DNA of 63,187 nt, the filler included, from Lenisia limosa (Eukaryota; Protista; Breviatea): the NCBI GenBank assembly GCA_001655205.1. It is 21 parts of 21 records of this genome, joined end to end, with 100 filler letters (N's around TTAATTAATTAA, not from the genome) between each part and the next. Parts side by side here need not be neighbours in the genome. Positions count along the whole stretch, not along the records: positions 31,993 to 40,770 come from LPNZ01009503.1; positions 40,871 to 42,073 come from LPNZ01001767.1; positions 42,174 to 59,087 come from LPNZ01007857.1; 18 more parts are not named here. One strand, 5' to 3'. Below, piece by piece: positions 35,843 to 48,375 of the stretch. The position numbers were made by a program, and so were the translations under genes. The notes under the pieces were generated by a model, which was given only the letters and a program-made list of their open reading frames with translations, did no database searches and was not told the DNA's origin. The first letter of the stretch is position 1. Each line of letters opens with the position of its first letter.

Positions 35843-38374
35843 ATGGTCAGAGGAAGAAAACCAGCCCGAAAGTTTAACTCAGCCAAAGAACTTGACCCAA
35901 AAGGGTGGGGATATGTGCTTGTTCAGCATGGCATAATAGGGATGATGCTATTTGGACAGAAATGACGTCTTTTATTTTGTTTGATTCTGCAAGTGATGAC
36001 TCTTTTCGGATCCCAAAGTCAACCTTTCTTGAGAGCTATGACAGATATGTTCATTTTTTTAGAACAACGAGTTTTGAATCAAATTGAAAAGAAAGGACTA
36101 TTTCAATTGGTTGATGTCAAAGTGGGAAGAAAACTAATTCCGGAAGTTGTTAAGGAAACTGTTGTGGATGTTGCTAAAGGAATGAAAAAGGTTTGCTAAA
36201 TTTTGTCTTGACACTTTCAGCATGGACTAAAACCTCCCAGCTTGCTCTTACGCAAAATGAAACAAGTTAACCTTCCACCAGCTGCTCAATGGGCATATCC
36301 TTTCATGAAGGCAAATGATTGTGTGCAACGGAGTGAATGGGCATTTCCACCATGAAGGCAAATGATTGGGTGGTGCAATGGAATGAATGGGCATATCCTA
36401 TCATGAAGGCAAATAATTGGGTGTAATTAACAATGATCCGTCAACAGTTGAAAAGAATTAAAGAGCCACGGGATCTCGACGTCAACAGGCAAATGGCATC
36501 TCAGGTTTGAATCTCTCATGTTCTTACACTTTCAGCCTAAAAACTGCATGATGTTGGCCAGATCTTGGAATTCCGGCACTCGCTTATTTAAGTCGATATT
36601 AGCAAAAGTGAAGATGAAAAAAGCCACCACATTCGCAAAAGATAAGGAAGCTTTGGCTACTTTCATGTTGGTGAGAGCTAAAGAAGAAATTGATACCAGG
36701 TAGAAAATGGTATGCTGAGATACTGAGTTCTCCTTACCATATCTCTTTAGCACAAAGAGCTTTTGATGAGACTATTGATCCATGTATTCAAAGTTTGTCC
36801 CACTGGCAAAAAAGGTACTGAGCATGAATGAATCAAATATTAAAAACGTTTGTTATCTCACTAATATATTCCAGATTTTAAGTACAAGATTGGATGAAAA
36901 TAATAGCGAAACAGCTTACTGAAAGTGCGTCAATACTTTGAGGAAGAAATTGACTGCACAACATGTCACGCTTTTTGATAAAATTGCATTTATGAGCGGC
37001 AAGTGGCGAGTGAAAAGCAGACCACTGGCATCAGCTATTTCAATATCTAACTTGGCCGGACAGATTGTGAAGTCAACGATCATTGTTGAACATTGTTTCC
37101 AAAAAGTCTCTACAAATGAAAAGACAACCTTTGATCCTGTCAAAATTCCATTGGCTTTTGGAATGAATACAGAATTAAGATCAATGATTCAAGAAGTAAA
37201 TCCGTGTGCTATCTCCAAAAGAACTGTTTCGTGCGTCGGATGAGGCCATAAGAGCTGCAAGAAATGTTGGCATGGAAGTTCTTGGCGTCAATATGAGTGC
37301 ATATTATACCACGGACATTCATGATTACTTTGGAATCTCTCTATAAAACACACCAATCATCACCCTCCAACCCTATCATGGCAATTATTGATAATGCTAG
37401 AACTCATGTCACACCTGAGGTTTGATTCAAGTTATTGCCTCACAACTTTTAGGTCATCTGTACATGCTTTATAGATATGGGGTTATTATTGTGCTGGAGC
37501 CTCCGTTTACTTCTCATATCCGCCGTTTACTTAAAAAATGGTTGCAGACAGTTATTATCATTACTTCTCATATGCTTCAGGTTTGTCTCCGCTGTTAACT
37601 TAAAAAAATAGGTTGCAGACAATTATTATCATGCCAAAGTGAACACGAAGCAGCAGTCTGAACTCGCTAAATTCCTCGCTGTCAATTCAAAAAAGTGAAT
37701 ACACCAAACTGTATGTGTAATTATCAAGGGATATGAAAGATTATGAAGTGAGAATGTTGCTGTGTCTTTAAAAGAACCATCATTTTCTGTTACCCGTGCC
37801 TCCCAAAAAGATTGTGGCTACAGTGCAAAAGGATTTGATGCCTCTTCAGTCAATATCAAAAAAGGAGCTAGTTTTCGTCAGACAGAAAGCGACCGCTACC
37901 CAAAAGTCTCATCTCTTTATTTCCCACCTATTAGTGTTCTCCAGTTTCTGCCCCAAATGTGTGCCCATTAGGAACCAGAAAGACCTACTTTTCGTCAAAC
38001 CTTCTATGATGGAAACTATTGAATTCAGAAAATCAGTTCAGATTATGGGGTCTGGCGAAGACCATGAGCTTTTGAACGATACACTATTTTCTGTAAATTC
38101 AATTGGTCCTGCTTCCTTGACGTAACCAGTACAATTCTTTGTTTTGGAAAAGGGAGAACAGGTTGCGACTCTACATCCAGGACAGGTATGATGCTAATTA
38201 CTGTAACTAACATACAATAAAGGATTTCGCCAATCAAGAGGAAATAAAAGGAAAGGACCAAAGGAAAAAAATTATGTTTCTCAAGGTGGTGTATTATCAC
38301 CCAATACTGTTGTTATTGAAAAACTCACGAAAATGAATCAGAAGAAGAAAATGCTCATCAAGGCCAAGAACTAG
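35843..38374 (+). mobile_element. Degenerate pogo/Fot1/CENP-B-type DDE_1 transposase (about DD35D) with introns
   Basis: HTH-like GRKLIPE..QWAYPFMK, AFDET, SAISISNLAGQIVKSTII, PIMAIIDNARTH, GVIIVLEPPFTSHMLQ|VADNYY. There are about 35 residues between the second and third Asp, several frameshifts and short GT-AG introns. Confidence 0.72.
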
Positions 38375-39382
38375 TGTGATAATGATTTCATATAATTCTT
38401 CCGTCTTCAAAAATAGATGGTTTTTCAGCTTATTTTGATCTGAACGGGGTGTTTTTTTTATTTTCACTGCATTTTAAAAAAAACAGAAACAAGATATTTA
38501 AAGCAATTTATTATTTAATTATCAGCACCCTCCAAAAATGCAGCATCATAAACTGCTGCATGACCAAAATATTGAAAGAAAAACCTTCAAAACACCCACG
38601 GCTCTTCAAAAAACAATTTAGATTGAACAGATAAACCACTTAACGGATTCCCAATGATAGATGCTTGTCTCCAAAATGAAGCACTCTCTGGAACACTCAA
38701 TGCAGTTTATAGACATTACACTTATTGTATCTATAATAAATATCATTTATCTCACCCTCCCATAGTTAGCCAGCTTAAGGTGTTGGTTCCATCAGGATTT
38801 CTCCATCTCTGACCATTTTGAATTATTTTGAAATGTTTTCATTTTTTGGAAAAAAAAATCTTGAAAAAAAACAAAAGAAGGAATACGTTAAACTAGCGTA
38901 TATAGACATCATCAAGGTACTAACTATCCTCTACATCAATCACAATGGAGATAATTTATCCCCGCCTACGTGAGGGCTGTTCTGCGCCAAAAAACTCAAC
39001 CTTTTGAATGATGTTATCGTAGAAATTGTCAATGGAGATCACAGCTATTTTGAAACAAAAGGTTTCTATCTCCATTCTGTTAATAGTATAGGTCCAACAA
39101 ACAGAAGAGCGAAGAAGAAAATGATACGTTTTGTAAATAGGCACTACCGAAGGGCATTTTGAGGTAAGGTGGCGCCATATAAAATTGTAGTACCAGTGTA
39201 TATCATATGATATGATATATTATATCAATTAATTTTTATTTTTTTCTCTCTTTTCCCCCCCTTTTTACAATACAATGAGTGGAACCGTTTTGGGGAAGAG
39301 CACCCTTGATTTAATGGAGAGGCAGCCGCCAAGTAAGGGAAAGAGCAAGACCGAATGCTGATCTACCCTGCTCTATAAGTAC

Positions 39383-39525
39383 TAGTGGTTCTACGGTCCG
39401 GTTCGGACCGGACTAGACCGGTCAATCGAACGGTCCGGTCTGGTCCGGTCTTTTGAGATATTTAAATGAGCGGTCCGGGCCGGTCCGGTCTTTTTGGAAA
39501 CTATGAACGGTCGGGTCCGATCTGG
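39383..39525 (+). mobile_element. Probable DNA-transposon terminus (hAT-like) with subterminal GACCG/CGGTC repeats
   Basis: Begins TAGTGGTTCTA, followed by more than 10 direct or inverted (G)GACCG(G) motifs. A remnant CGGTCCGGTCC lies at about 39985. No matching second TIR was seen. Confidence 0.45.
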
Positions 39526-40169
39526 AGAGTGGGTAAAGAAAAAAGAAAAAAATCAAGAAAAAAAGAGTACCAAGAGGTGTTAACAATAGTTTAAACTGTT
39601 GTTTATCCCATTCAGCCAAATGGAATATATAATTGAACACAATTAACCCAGACACTGTTTTTTGGAATTCCCAGGCCTGGTTGTTTTCCAATTGTAAAAA
39701 ATGAAGATATAGCTACATGTAAAAAAAAAATGGAAGAAAACAATTTTGTCCTCTCTGAAAACTGTTCAGTCACCTTGAAAGTGCTCAAGGAGGAAAAGGT
39801 AAAATGAAAGTGGCCTATGGTGTTGTTGCCAGCACTACGAGAGAGGAGTGTTTTTTTTTTGTTTAGTTTGATGGATGGATGAGAAGAATATTTTGGTAAT
39901 CTCTTCCAAAATGTTTCTCAGGACCAATTCAAATATTACAAAACGAAACAATGTAAAAAATACTTGATACACTACAACTATTAAACGGTCCGGTCCAAGT
40001 ATTCTCCAAGTGGCGTTATTGAGTGTGGGTGCTCGCGTAAGACCTCACGGATGCACCAAGCTCTGAGTTCATCATTCTAAACTTTTCTCGTTGTTTAAAA
40101 AACCTCTAGAGCCTTCCTTTTGTTTATCAGATCGACTACTGCACTAAGGAAGTATTTCTTAATCAGATT

Positions 40170-40711
40170 GTAAGCTCAGCTTGTTGAGAACTCTTATCCC
40201 TTTCTCCCCCCTCTTGTGCCTCTCGATCCTCTTGCTATCAAGTCCCCCCCCCNNNNNNNNNNNNNNNNNNNNNNNNNNNNNNNNNNNNNNNNNNNNNNNN
40301 NNNNNNNNNNNNNNNNNNNNNNNNNNNNNNNNNNNNNNNNNNNNNNNNNNNNNNNNNNNNNNNNNNNNNNNNNNNNNNTTCGTCTCCCGTTCAGAAGGAT
40401 CTTCGCTCCTCCAACCAGTCCCTTCATAAGAAGCTTGACATGGATGCCGCCCCACTTTCACGGTATGAATGATTTTGATTGTAAAGTTGTCTTTTGTGTA
40501 GTGTTACAATGTTGTGTAAGGTTGCGTTCTCTTTGTTTTTTGTTTTTAAATATTTTTGAGACATCGGGTAAACACCCTTGGTACTGTCCTCTCCGGTACT
40601 CCTGTGAAGACCGCTGTACTTGGCAACATTTGCAAGCCTGTTGACGAGATTACCTCTGAGAGCACCATGAACCGCATCATCAAGGATGAGATTCTTCCAT
40701 CTGCGAGAAAA
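40170..40711 (+). CDS. Exons of an unidentified protein
   Basis: SPVQKDLRSSNQSLHKKLDMDAAPLS|gtatga and GTVLSGTPVKTAVLGNICKPVDEITSESTMNRIIKDEILPSARK|gtatgt. Confidence 0.45.
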
Positions 40712-41337
40712 GTATGTTCATATTGTAGTATTCTTCTTTTATTCTTCTATTTTTTATTAATTATTTATTANNNNNNNNNNNNNNNNNNNNNNNNNNNNNN
40801 NNNNNNNNNNNNNNTTAATTAATTAANNNNNNNNNNNNNNNNNNNNNNNNNNNNNNNNNNNNNNNNNNNNATAGTAGAATGTAATGGGACATAGACCGGT
40901 CAGATCGATATTTATCGAGGCTTCCTCGAGACATTCCGTCTTTATTGATCATTTTATTGAATCAATAAATAATCAGTAGTTGTTAATCTGATAATCAGTT
41001 CAGTTAATCAAGTAATGTTATTTACCAGTGGGGTGGCGGCTTATTCTGTTTTAGTTCATCATTTCCACTCGAAAGTTGATCATATGATAGTATTATCACG
41101 TGTGGATATAGGTCAACATTTTTTTTACCTTGTCTTTATACTGATGACTGTCATTTTTATTTTACCTTAACATATTTCTTTGGCTTTTCCATGGGAACTT
41201 TTTTTCCTGGTACTTAACATTACATATTGAAGAACACTGACAACCTTTTTATACCTAGTCCTTAAGCTACAGAGATACCTTTGCATATTACTTAGTCTTT
41301 CAGTGACATACCTTATTACCCGGTCCTTACGCTGCAG

Positions 41338-42056
41338 GTGGACCTGACCGCCGCCCTCAACGCGGGATGTTCAGCTGGAACTGCTCGGGACACCATGAGA
41401 ATCAATCACTTTGGAGCTGCTTTCTTTGGCTGTGGGGAGGGGGGGGGGTTGATTTGGTATAATAAACTGGGGCGAGAATATGGGGCTTCACTTTGGTTAG
41501 AAATGAACATCGATAGTTTTCGGGGATATATCGAAATATTCACCCTTTTTGTCGAACCAAAGTGAAGCCCAAGGAGCATGATGAGCGGGGAAATATTCAA
41601 TGCGGTTATTTTCTTTTTTTGAATTATGTCAAATCACTTTTTTGATCAAATTAACGTGTGAGCTATCATATCACTTTTTGGATTTTTTACACACAGTGTC
41701 GTATGATAATTGACCGACAAGTCTCATGATACTCTGATACTCGTGATAAACCCTCGTGCTATCTTCGTTCATCATTTCGACTTGAAAGTCGGTCATATAA
41801 TCATATCACTGATGGATATGGGTAAACATAATATAAGAAATTATTTGTATAATCACAATCCCCCACCATCCATTTCTTCACTTGGGTTCGAAAAAAGACT
41901 GAATTTCTCGATAAATCCTCGATATTTTACCAGTCTTTTTCGAATCGAAGTGAAGTCCCATCCATACCCCTTTACGCCACTCCAGCATGCCCGGCAGCTT
42001 ACGGAATCGGATTCCAGTCCCCAATAACCATGTGCAAATCCACTCTCGCTCTCAAG
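41338..42056 (+). CDS. Two internal exons of an unidentified protein
   Basis: 41338-41431 and 41986-42056 in phase: VDLTAALNAGCSAGTARDTMRINHFGAAFFGSCPAAYGIGFQSPITMCKSTLALK. Confidence 0.6.
41482..41570. mobile_element. Family A MITE (intronic)
   Basis: TIRs plus degenerate core. Confidence 0.75.
41876..41959. mobile_element. Family A MITE (intronic)
   Basis: TIRs plus reverse core. Confidence 0.85.
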
Positions 42057-42392
42057 GTGAGTGGTGAAGTAGCNNNNNNNNNNNNNNNNNNNNNNNNNNN
42101 NNNNNNNNNNNNNNNNNTTAATTAATTAANNNNNNNNNNNNNNNNNNNNNNNNNNNNNNNNNNNNNNNNNNNNAATTCAGACAAAGAGGGGGATCAAAAC
42201 AAAAGGATAGCACAAGTATCCAACAGCACAAAACATCATCAAGAAGCCAGTCCGACGTTGAGGGAAAGAGTTTATGCGACACAATAAAAATGAAAGATGC
42301 CGGCGGAATAGAGAAGGGGAAGAGAGTTGTAGATATATAAATAAGAGAAGAAAACGGGACCGAAATCAAAACGCAATATGATATCAGTGGTT

Positions 42393-43459
42393 CTATGGAA
42401 AGCTCAGACCTGCGGGGGGGGGGGGNNNNNNNNNNNNNNNNNNNNNNNNNNNNNNNNNNNNNNNNNNNNNNNNNNNNNNNNNNNNNNNNNNNNNNNNNNN
42501 NNNNNNNNNNNNNNNNNNNNNNNNNNNNNNNNNNNNNNNNNNNNNNNNNNNNNNNNNNNNNNNNNNNNNNNNNNNNNTGATGTTTGTGGTAGTCGAAGGT
42601 TTCACCCTCGGGATTGATCTGAACAACACCCTGATCGGCCAGACCCTTGATGAACATAGTATGTGTCATAGCAACACCGTCATGGAAGGTCTTGAGAAGG
42701 GACTCGGATGAAAGCTCTTCCTCGGGTACTGATGCAATAGCCATGTCCTGGAATGGTTAATGAACGCATTACTTTCAGAATTGGCAAAGAATCGTGATTC
42801 TATAATACAGAAAAAAAAATCATCAGTACCCACAAACCAGAGTATCGACAACATCCAGTAAGCTCTTTGCCATTTTCTCTCCTCCATACTTCTTTGTGTC
42901 AGTAACCTGATAGATAAGTAAATAAATCATCAGACCCTTAGTTTATGTATTTTACCTCCTAAGAGTTTGATATACACGAAGTCAAGAACCCAAGAACACA
43001 GATGAATGCAACAGACCTCTTTCCTCCAGCGGAGTCTGACGTTTTCTGTCTCAGCCAAAGCCCTCATGAGACGATCTTTTGTGTCTTTCAACTATAGCAT
43101 TCAGTGGGATTCGAAAAAAATGTAACAGTTCTGCGGGATCCCTTTGTGAATACAAAATAAATAAAAAATAGACAGGCTGGACAAGAACAGGGTTTAGAAT
43201 GACAAACGATAGGATCATACCTCATTGCGAATGTGGTCGACATCATTACTGGCCTGTTGCTTCTTTAGTTCACCAACAATAGGTGAGGATACCTCCTTGA
43301 CTGAGGGGATGAGAGTGGCTGCTGCAGCCTGGGAGATGAGAAAGCATGTTCACCAAAAAAACAAAAGCTATTGGACCACCCCCGTCTCCTTACTCCAGTG
43401 TATAGCCGTGTAGAGCTCAGAGAAAGTCTACCAATTGCCCGCAGGGTGACAGAGAACAT
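42393..43459 (-). CDS. MGE1: Mitochondrial-type GrpE (Mge1) nucleotide exchange factor with N-terminal presequence
   Basis: Exons 43459-43394, 43328-43221, 43091-43017, 42906-42838 and 42747-gap are all phase 0: MFSVTLRAIGRLSLSSTRLYTG...LKDTKDRLMRALAETENVRLR...KYGGEKMAKSLLDVVDTL...LKTFHDGVAMT...INPEGETFD. The last exon (42409-42393) is tentative. Confidence 0.93.
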
Positions 43460-43736
43460 TGTACTCAAATAAGACTTAGATCTTTCAAACTAAAGACTAT
43501 CCACAAAGGACGGTGAATCAAGAAAGACACAAAAAAATGCTTTCACACAATAAAAAGGAACCCCTAGTCCAGATGAAACTGCCTTTATAAGAGGCTCTTT
43601 ACCGCATTCCCAGGAGAATTAAATTTTAGTGTTCTTTATTAATATAGTTTAGTAGTGATTTTATCTATTAACGTGCTCTCCCCCCCCCCCTCATTGATGC
43701 TGCGGCAGGCCACAACTTGTCTCCAGTAATGAGACA

Positions 43737-46700
43737 ATGGCGACACACTCGATCGCATCAACATCTTCCATTTTGGTGGATTATACAGCAGCCGAATCCG
43801 CAAGAAGCAGGTCAGTGACCAGTGAACAAGCTTTTTCTCTTCAAATCTTATCAATTGTCTAGGCTTTCAGTTGTTGTCCCTCCTCTGACACAATGGGCCA
43901 CATTTGAAGATATTGAACTTGAACAGGAGTATAGATACTTTCATTTTGTATGATTTCTGAGTATGCTCACTGTTTAGGAAGATCGTATTCGCCTCAGCTA
44001 CCTAACTGCAAGGGGTTTTCTTATCATCACCACAATAGCGCTCTTGTTCTTTATAATTGGATCGGCAATTCTCGGCTTTTCCCCTGTTTGGCCAATTGGC
44101 ATGTTCGTCGCCGTTTTGTTTTTGGCGTGGATTAACTACGAACAAATTCACCCCACAAATACTTTCAGTATGTGAGAACCTGAACATTATCAGTGTACAT
44201 ATTGTGTTCGTTTTCTGAGGACTGAGACTTGCCTTTTTTGGAAAGTCTCATGGCTCGATATCCGATTTCCTATTTTATTTATGTTCGAATTGCTCCAATC
44301 TCTATTCCCAGTTCCTTGCTTTTATTTCTACTTGTATTTGACGTTAACGCAGTCCTGACCTTTTCCGACATCCAGTCTGGACTTTTCCCTTGTTTTTTTA
44401 GTCCGGACTTTATTATTATTATATTGTTTCTTTTCTTTCTTCTTTTATTGTAACCCAAGATATGGACTTAGTTTGGTTGAACCATCATGAAAACACCACC
44501 TAATTCAATTTGTGTTAGCAATTTTTCTTTGATTATAAATAAATATCACCTATATTGCAAGATCAAGCCTCATTTCTAAGACAATTTTGAAAAAGTCTGA
44601 ACTGTATGTCACTATTCGAACATGGAAAAAAAGTATCGAAAATTTCCCAAAAATTGTTAATACACTAAAAATGGACAAAAACTGCTTATTGAAAAAAAGT
44701 TTGGACTGGATGTCGAAAAAGTCCGGATTGCGTTGTCTCTCCCCTTGCAGTTGAACAATATTTGAGAATATGTTGATGGGCACTCATCAAAATTGTAGGA
44801 TTATATCGTTTCGGTTGGACAGTTGCCTTTTTTCCTTATATTGTTTTAATGATAGGTATGTAGAACACAACTTCTCATGATTGAATTCCAATTCAATGTT
44901 GTGTCTAAAAAGACAGGTATTTACATCCCTGCTCTTTTAGATGATGATGCGTTTTTTATCAAACCAGTCAGGTTGGTGGTTTGATACAATTTTATTATTG
45001 TTACAATTGAGACCGCTTCTTAGCATTTCTAAGCATTTTTTCAGGGTTGCTCTCATTGCAATTGTTCTCATCGTACCTTTTTTGGCTGGCGGATCATACT
45101 ACAAATGCGTTTTCTTTTCAAATTGGGCAACCATTGTTTCTATCTGCATTATCTATACAGCTATTGGTGAGGGTTATATTCTTTTTTGTATTGTTTTACA
45201 GTTCAGGTCAGACAAAGATCTGGTTTGATGATGGTGCTGGGTTTATGACTGTCTTTATTGCGGTCAATTTACTTTTGCTGTGAGTAGTTCTGTTTAAGAT
45301 TAGCTTCTTTTCTTACTTTCCAAGGAAGGAGTTTCGACAGTTTGATACCGACAGAAGGAAAGGATTTTTCTACCAAATGATTATTTATCGAGAGAATGAA
45401 AGGCTTCGAAATAGATTATCAGCACTCAGTGTTTTGACAGACAATCAGGTTCGGGTGTAACATTTACCAGCCCCTTTCATACGTAATGGTCCTATATATA
45501 TACATATACAAGATGAGAAATAAAAGCAAGGTTGCATCTGGCTATAATTACAATTCAGATCGCTGACCAAGAAACACAAGATTGGATGATGGAAAACTAC
45601 AGTTCTAGAAAAGAACTCCAGGTGGTGTAAGGCTGATTAGTGCGGTTAAATTTATCATTTTAGGTATTACCTCCCGCCTCCTCGTCTCTTTCCAGGGAAT
45701 CTCATTTTGGAATAGTCTATAAATCTGAAAGCCAAGGTATGAATTCAACTTTATTCTTTTAATATTTCTAGGAGACACACCCATACATAAGAGCTATACA
45801 GAAAACTATTCCCTTGATCTAGATCATATTGTAAATTTTGCTGTTGATGTGAGATGGGGTTCACACTTAGGTTCACAAACTACATGAATTCAACTTTTTA
45901 GGTTGGGTCTATTAATAGTGACATCTTTTTGGTTCAGCAAATCACATCTGGCTGCCCGCTTGTGTACACTGTGGGTCTTGGAAGACATTTCTGTGATTTC
46001 ACACTTTATGAACAAACACTTATCAAAACAGGCAGTTCATATAGTCCATCACAAGCACAATCTTATTAATTTACTTGATCTGAACCTTGAGACATTTGTG
46101 TACTGGGTGGACTATATGCAAGGTGGGTGCTATGAAAAATTAGATCTTGAATTCGGGAAATATATTCATCATATGGTGTGGGTAACTTCGGCCTAGATTA
46201 TGTAACTTGAAAGTTAATTGAATGAAGTGTTTTTTATTGATTGACTGCCAATTTTGAATTTATTTCTAATAGTGTAGAGTTCTAATTATATTTAGGGCTT
46301 TATCACGACAACCCATATCACAATGCTATTCATGCTGCTGACGTGCTATCTACACTAAACGGGCTGCTTTGTGCATCAAACTTGGTTTCTGAAATTCCTC
46401 CTGTTGAATGTGAGTTAGTGGAAACAGTTTATTTAAACGGTGTCAGTTGTCATACTATTTAGTGTTTGCAGCCTTTATGGCAGCCATTATGCACGATGTT
46501 GATCATCCGGGGGTAAATAATGCCTTTTTAACAACTGCAAATCACCCACTTGGTAAGTAAAACTTGAATTATTTGATATTATTGGGCGTAATTTTTTAGA
46601 TGCCCCATCCTTTGGATTTTAGTGACTAAAACTGTAGCATGTGTATTCAGTGATAGAAGTGTTTTGGAGAACTACCATGCTTCGGTGAGAATGCAAAGGT

Positions 46701-48375
46701 TGCTTACTGTTGGCAGTGAAATAGCAAAATCGCACTATTTTACTTCACCGTTAGGTTGGATTGAAGTATCTACGACCTGATTCGAGATGTGTTTTGGCAG
46801 GAATGTCACCAGACGACATGCAGACAGTGGGATGTTTATTGTAGCTTTTGAATTGTAACCTGCCTATTATTACGTAGTTTGCCATTATCGTATCAAAAAT
46901 ATAAATTCATTCATCGTTCAGGTACGAGATGTGGCATACGAAATGGTTCTTGCAACAGGTTTGTCTCAGTAAATTACAAAATCATATCAATATACTTCAT
47001 CAGATATGAAAAGCCACTTCAAATACATCAACAACTGGAAGGACTTGGCTCAAGAACCTAATATTGATCTCAAGAATAACAGACAGGTGAGATTTTTTGT
47101 ATTCAACTTTTGATTCATTTGGTCTATTTTACAATCAAGGATAGAGAGACGCTCCTCTGCTTTTTAATGAAAGTTTCGGACATTAGCCATGTAGCAAAAG
47201 CAAAACATTTAACGTTAAACTGGACAACTGTTTGGGAGGGAGGGTGATAGTAACATTCCATTGTCTTGAATTGAATTTAGTTACACTCTAGCGCATCAAC
47301 AATGAATTCTTTTGCCAAGGTGACAAAGAGGTTTGCGGTTTTCATCGCTCAGCGTTAATGACAAGAATCATGCTCTTCTATGATTTTCTGACCAAGTCGT
47401 CTTCTAGCTTGAGGTGTAACACATTTACCTCCGCTAATATTTGATTTGAGTATGGGAATATATGATATGATGATATTGTGAATTGACCCATGATTTAACC
47501 AAAACCAGAGGGCCCTTGGAAACACGGTTTCGGCTTTCATGGACAGGACCAAAATGAACCTTCCAAAATCACAACTGGGCTTTATTAATTTCATTGTTGA
47601 GGTTGGTAATCAAAACGAGTATTATGATATTTTTTGAAAATTTGTTAACAGATATCTCACGAGATAGCCGATGATACAAGAGTGGTCTAAGATTGCACCG
47701 AATGACAACATGCTGGATACTCTTTTGAAGAACAGAAAATTCTGGGAGGAGTGAGGGGAGGGGGGTAGAAAGTGCAGGCTGTGCCCTTTTGAAGTTCGAA
47801 CTGATTTTGGTAGAATGAGTCGCAATGAGGATTTCAAAATGGTTGGTCTAAGTTCCGAATTGCCATTGGTCAATGTGACAGAAGTTCAGTTCAATGCCCA
47901 TTTGCCTTCTTTGAATGTCCAAGCAAAGGTTGGAAATTCAAAAGCACCATGACCACGGCTTTGACCAGATATACAATGATACTTGTACTTAATTGATTTG
48001 GTTTAGAACAAAGAAAAGGACGTATCTCCGTTTATTTCCCCTGAAATTGTAAGGGTATTCATTTTTGCATACCGTTTAGTGAAATAACATCATAGTATTC
48101 TCCCAATCACAGGAACTTAACCAAACTGTAGGCGTCACAGGTGCCAAATGATTTCCCTTCTGGCTTTTCACCCCCTCCTCTAAATCACGAGGATTTTGCT
48201 CCAATCGAAAAAGCATACAGTACTGCCTCCCTTGGATCAAGCGTAAGTCCATGTACAACCTTTGTATTTGTCACAAATCATTCTCATGTAATTCTACAAT
48301 ATTTCCGTTTAAAAACAATAGATTAATTATCTGTTTGTTTTAATCCATTAGATGGTCGAAGTTACGATTGATTAG
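43737..48375 (+). CDS. Class I 3',5'-cyclic nucleotide phosphodiesterase with an N-terminal multi-TM region (>20 exons)
   Basis: Catalytic motifs across exons at 46.3-47.75 kb: YHDNPYHNAIHAADV, HDVDHPGVNN, SVLENYH, LATDMKSHF, KVSDISH, EFFCQGDKE, SQLGFINFIV. Hydrophobic exons at 43.9-45.3 kb. The start codon and the 3' extension beyond 47754 are inferred. Confidence 0.92.

Noticed and set aside
38500-38830. Missing 5' half of the piggyBac gene on the far side of the pogo element
   Set aside because: I could not find the first-Asp motif (xDExM) or other convincing piggyBac N-terminal motifs in any frame.
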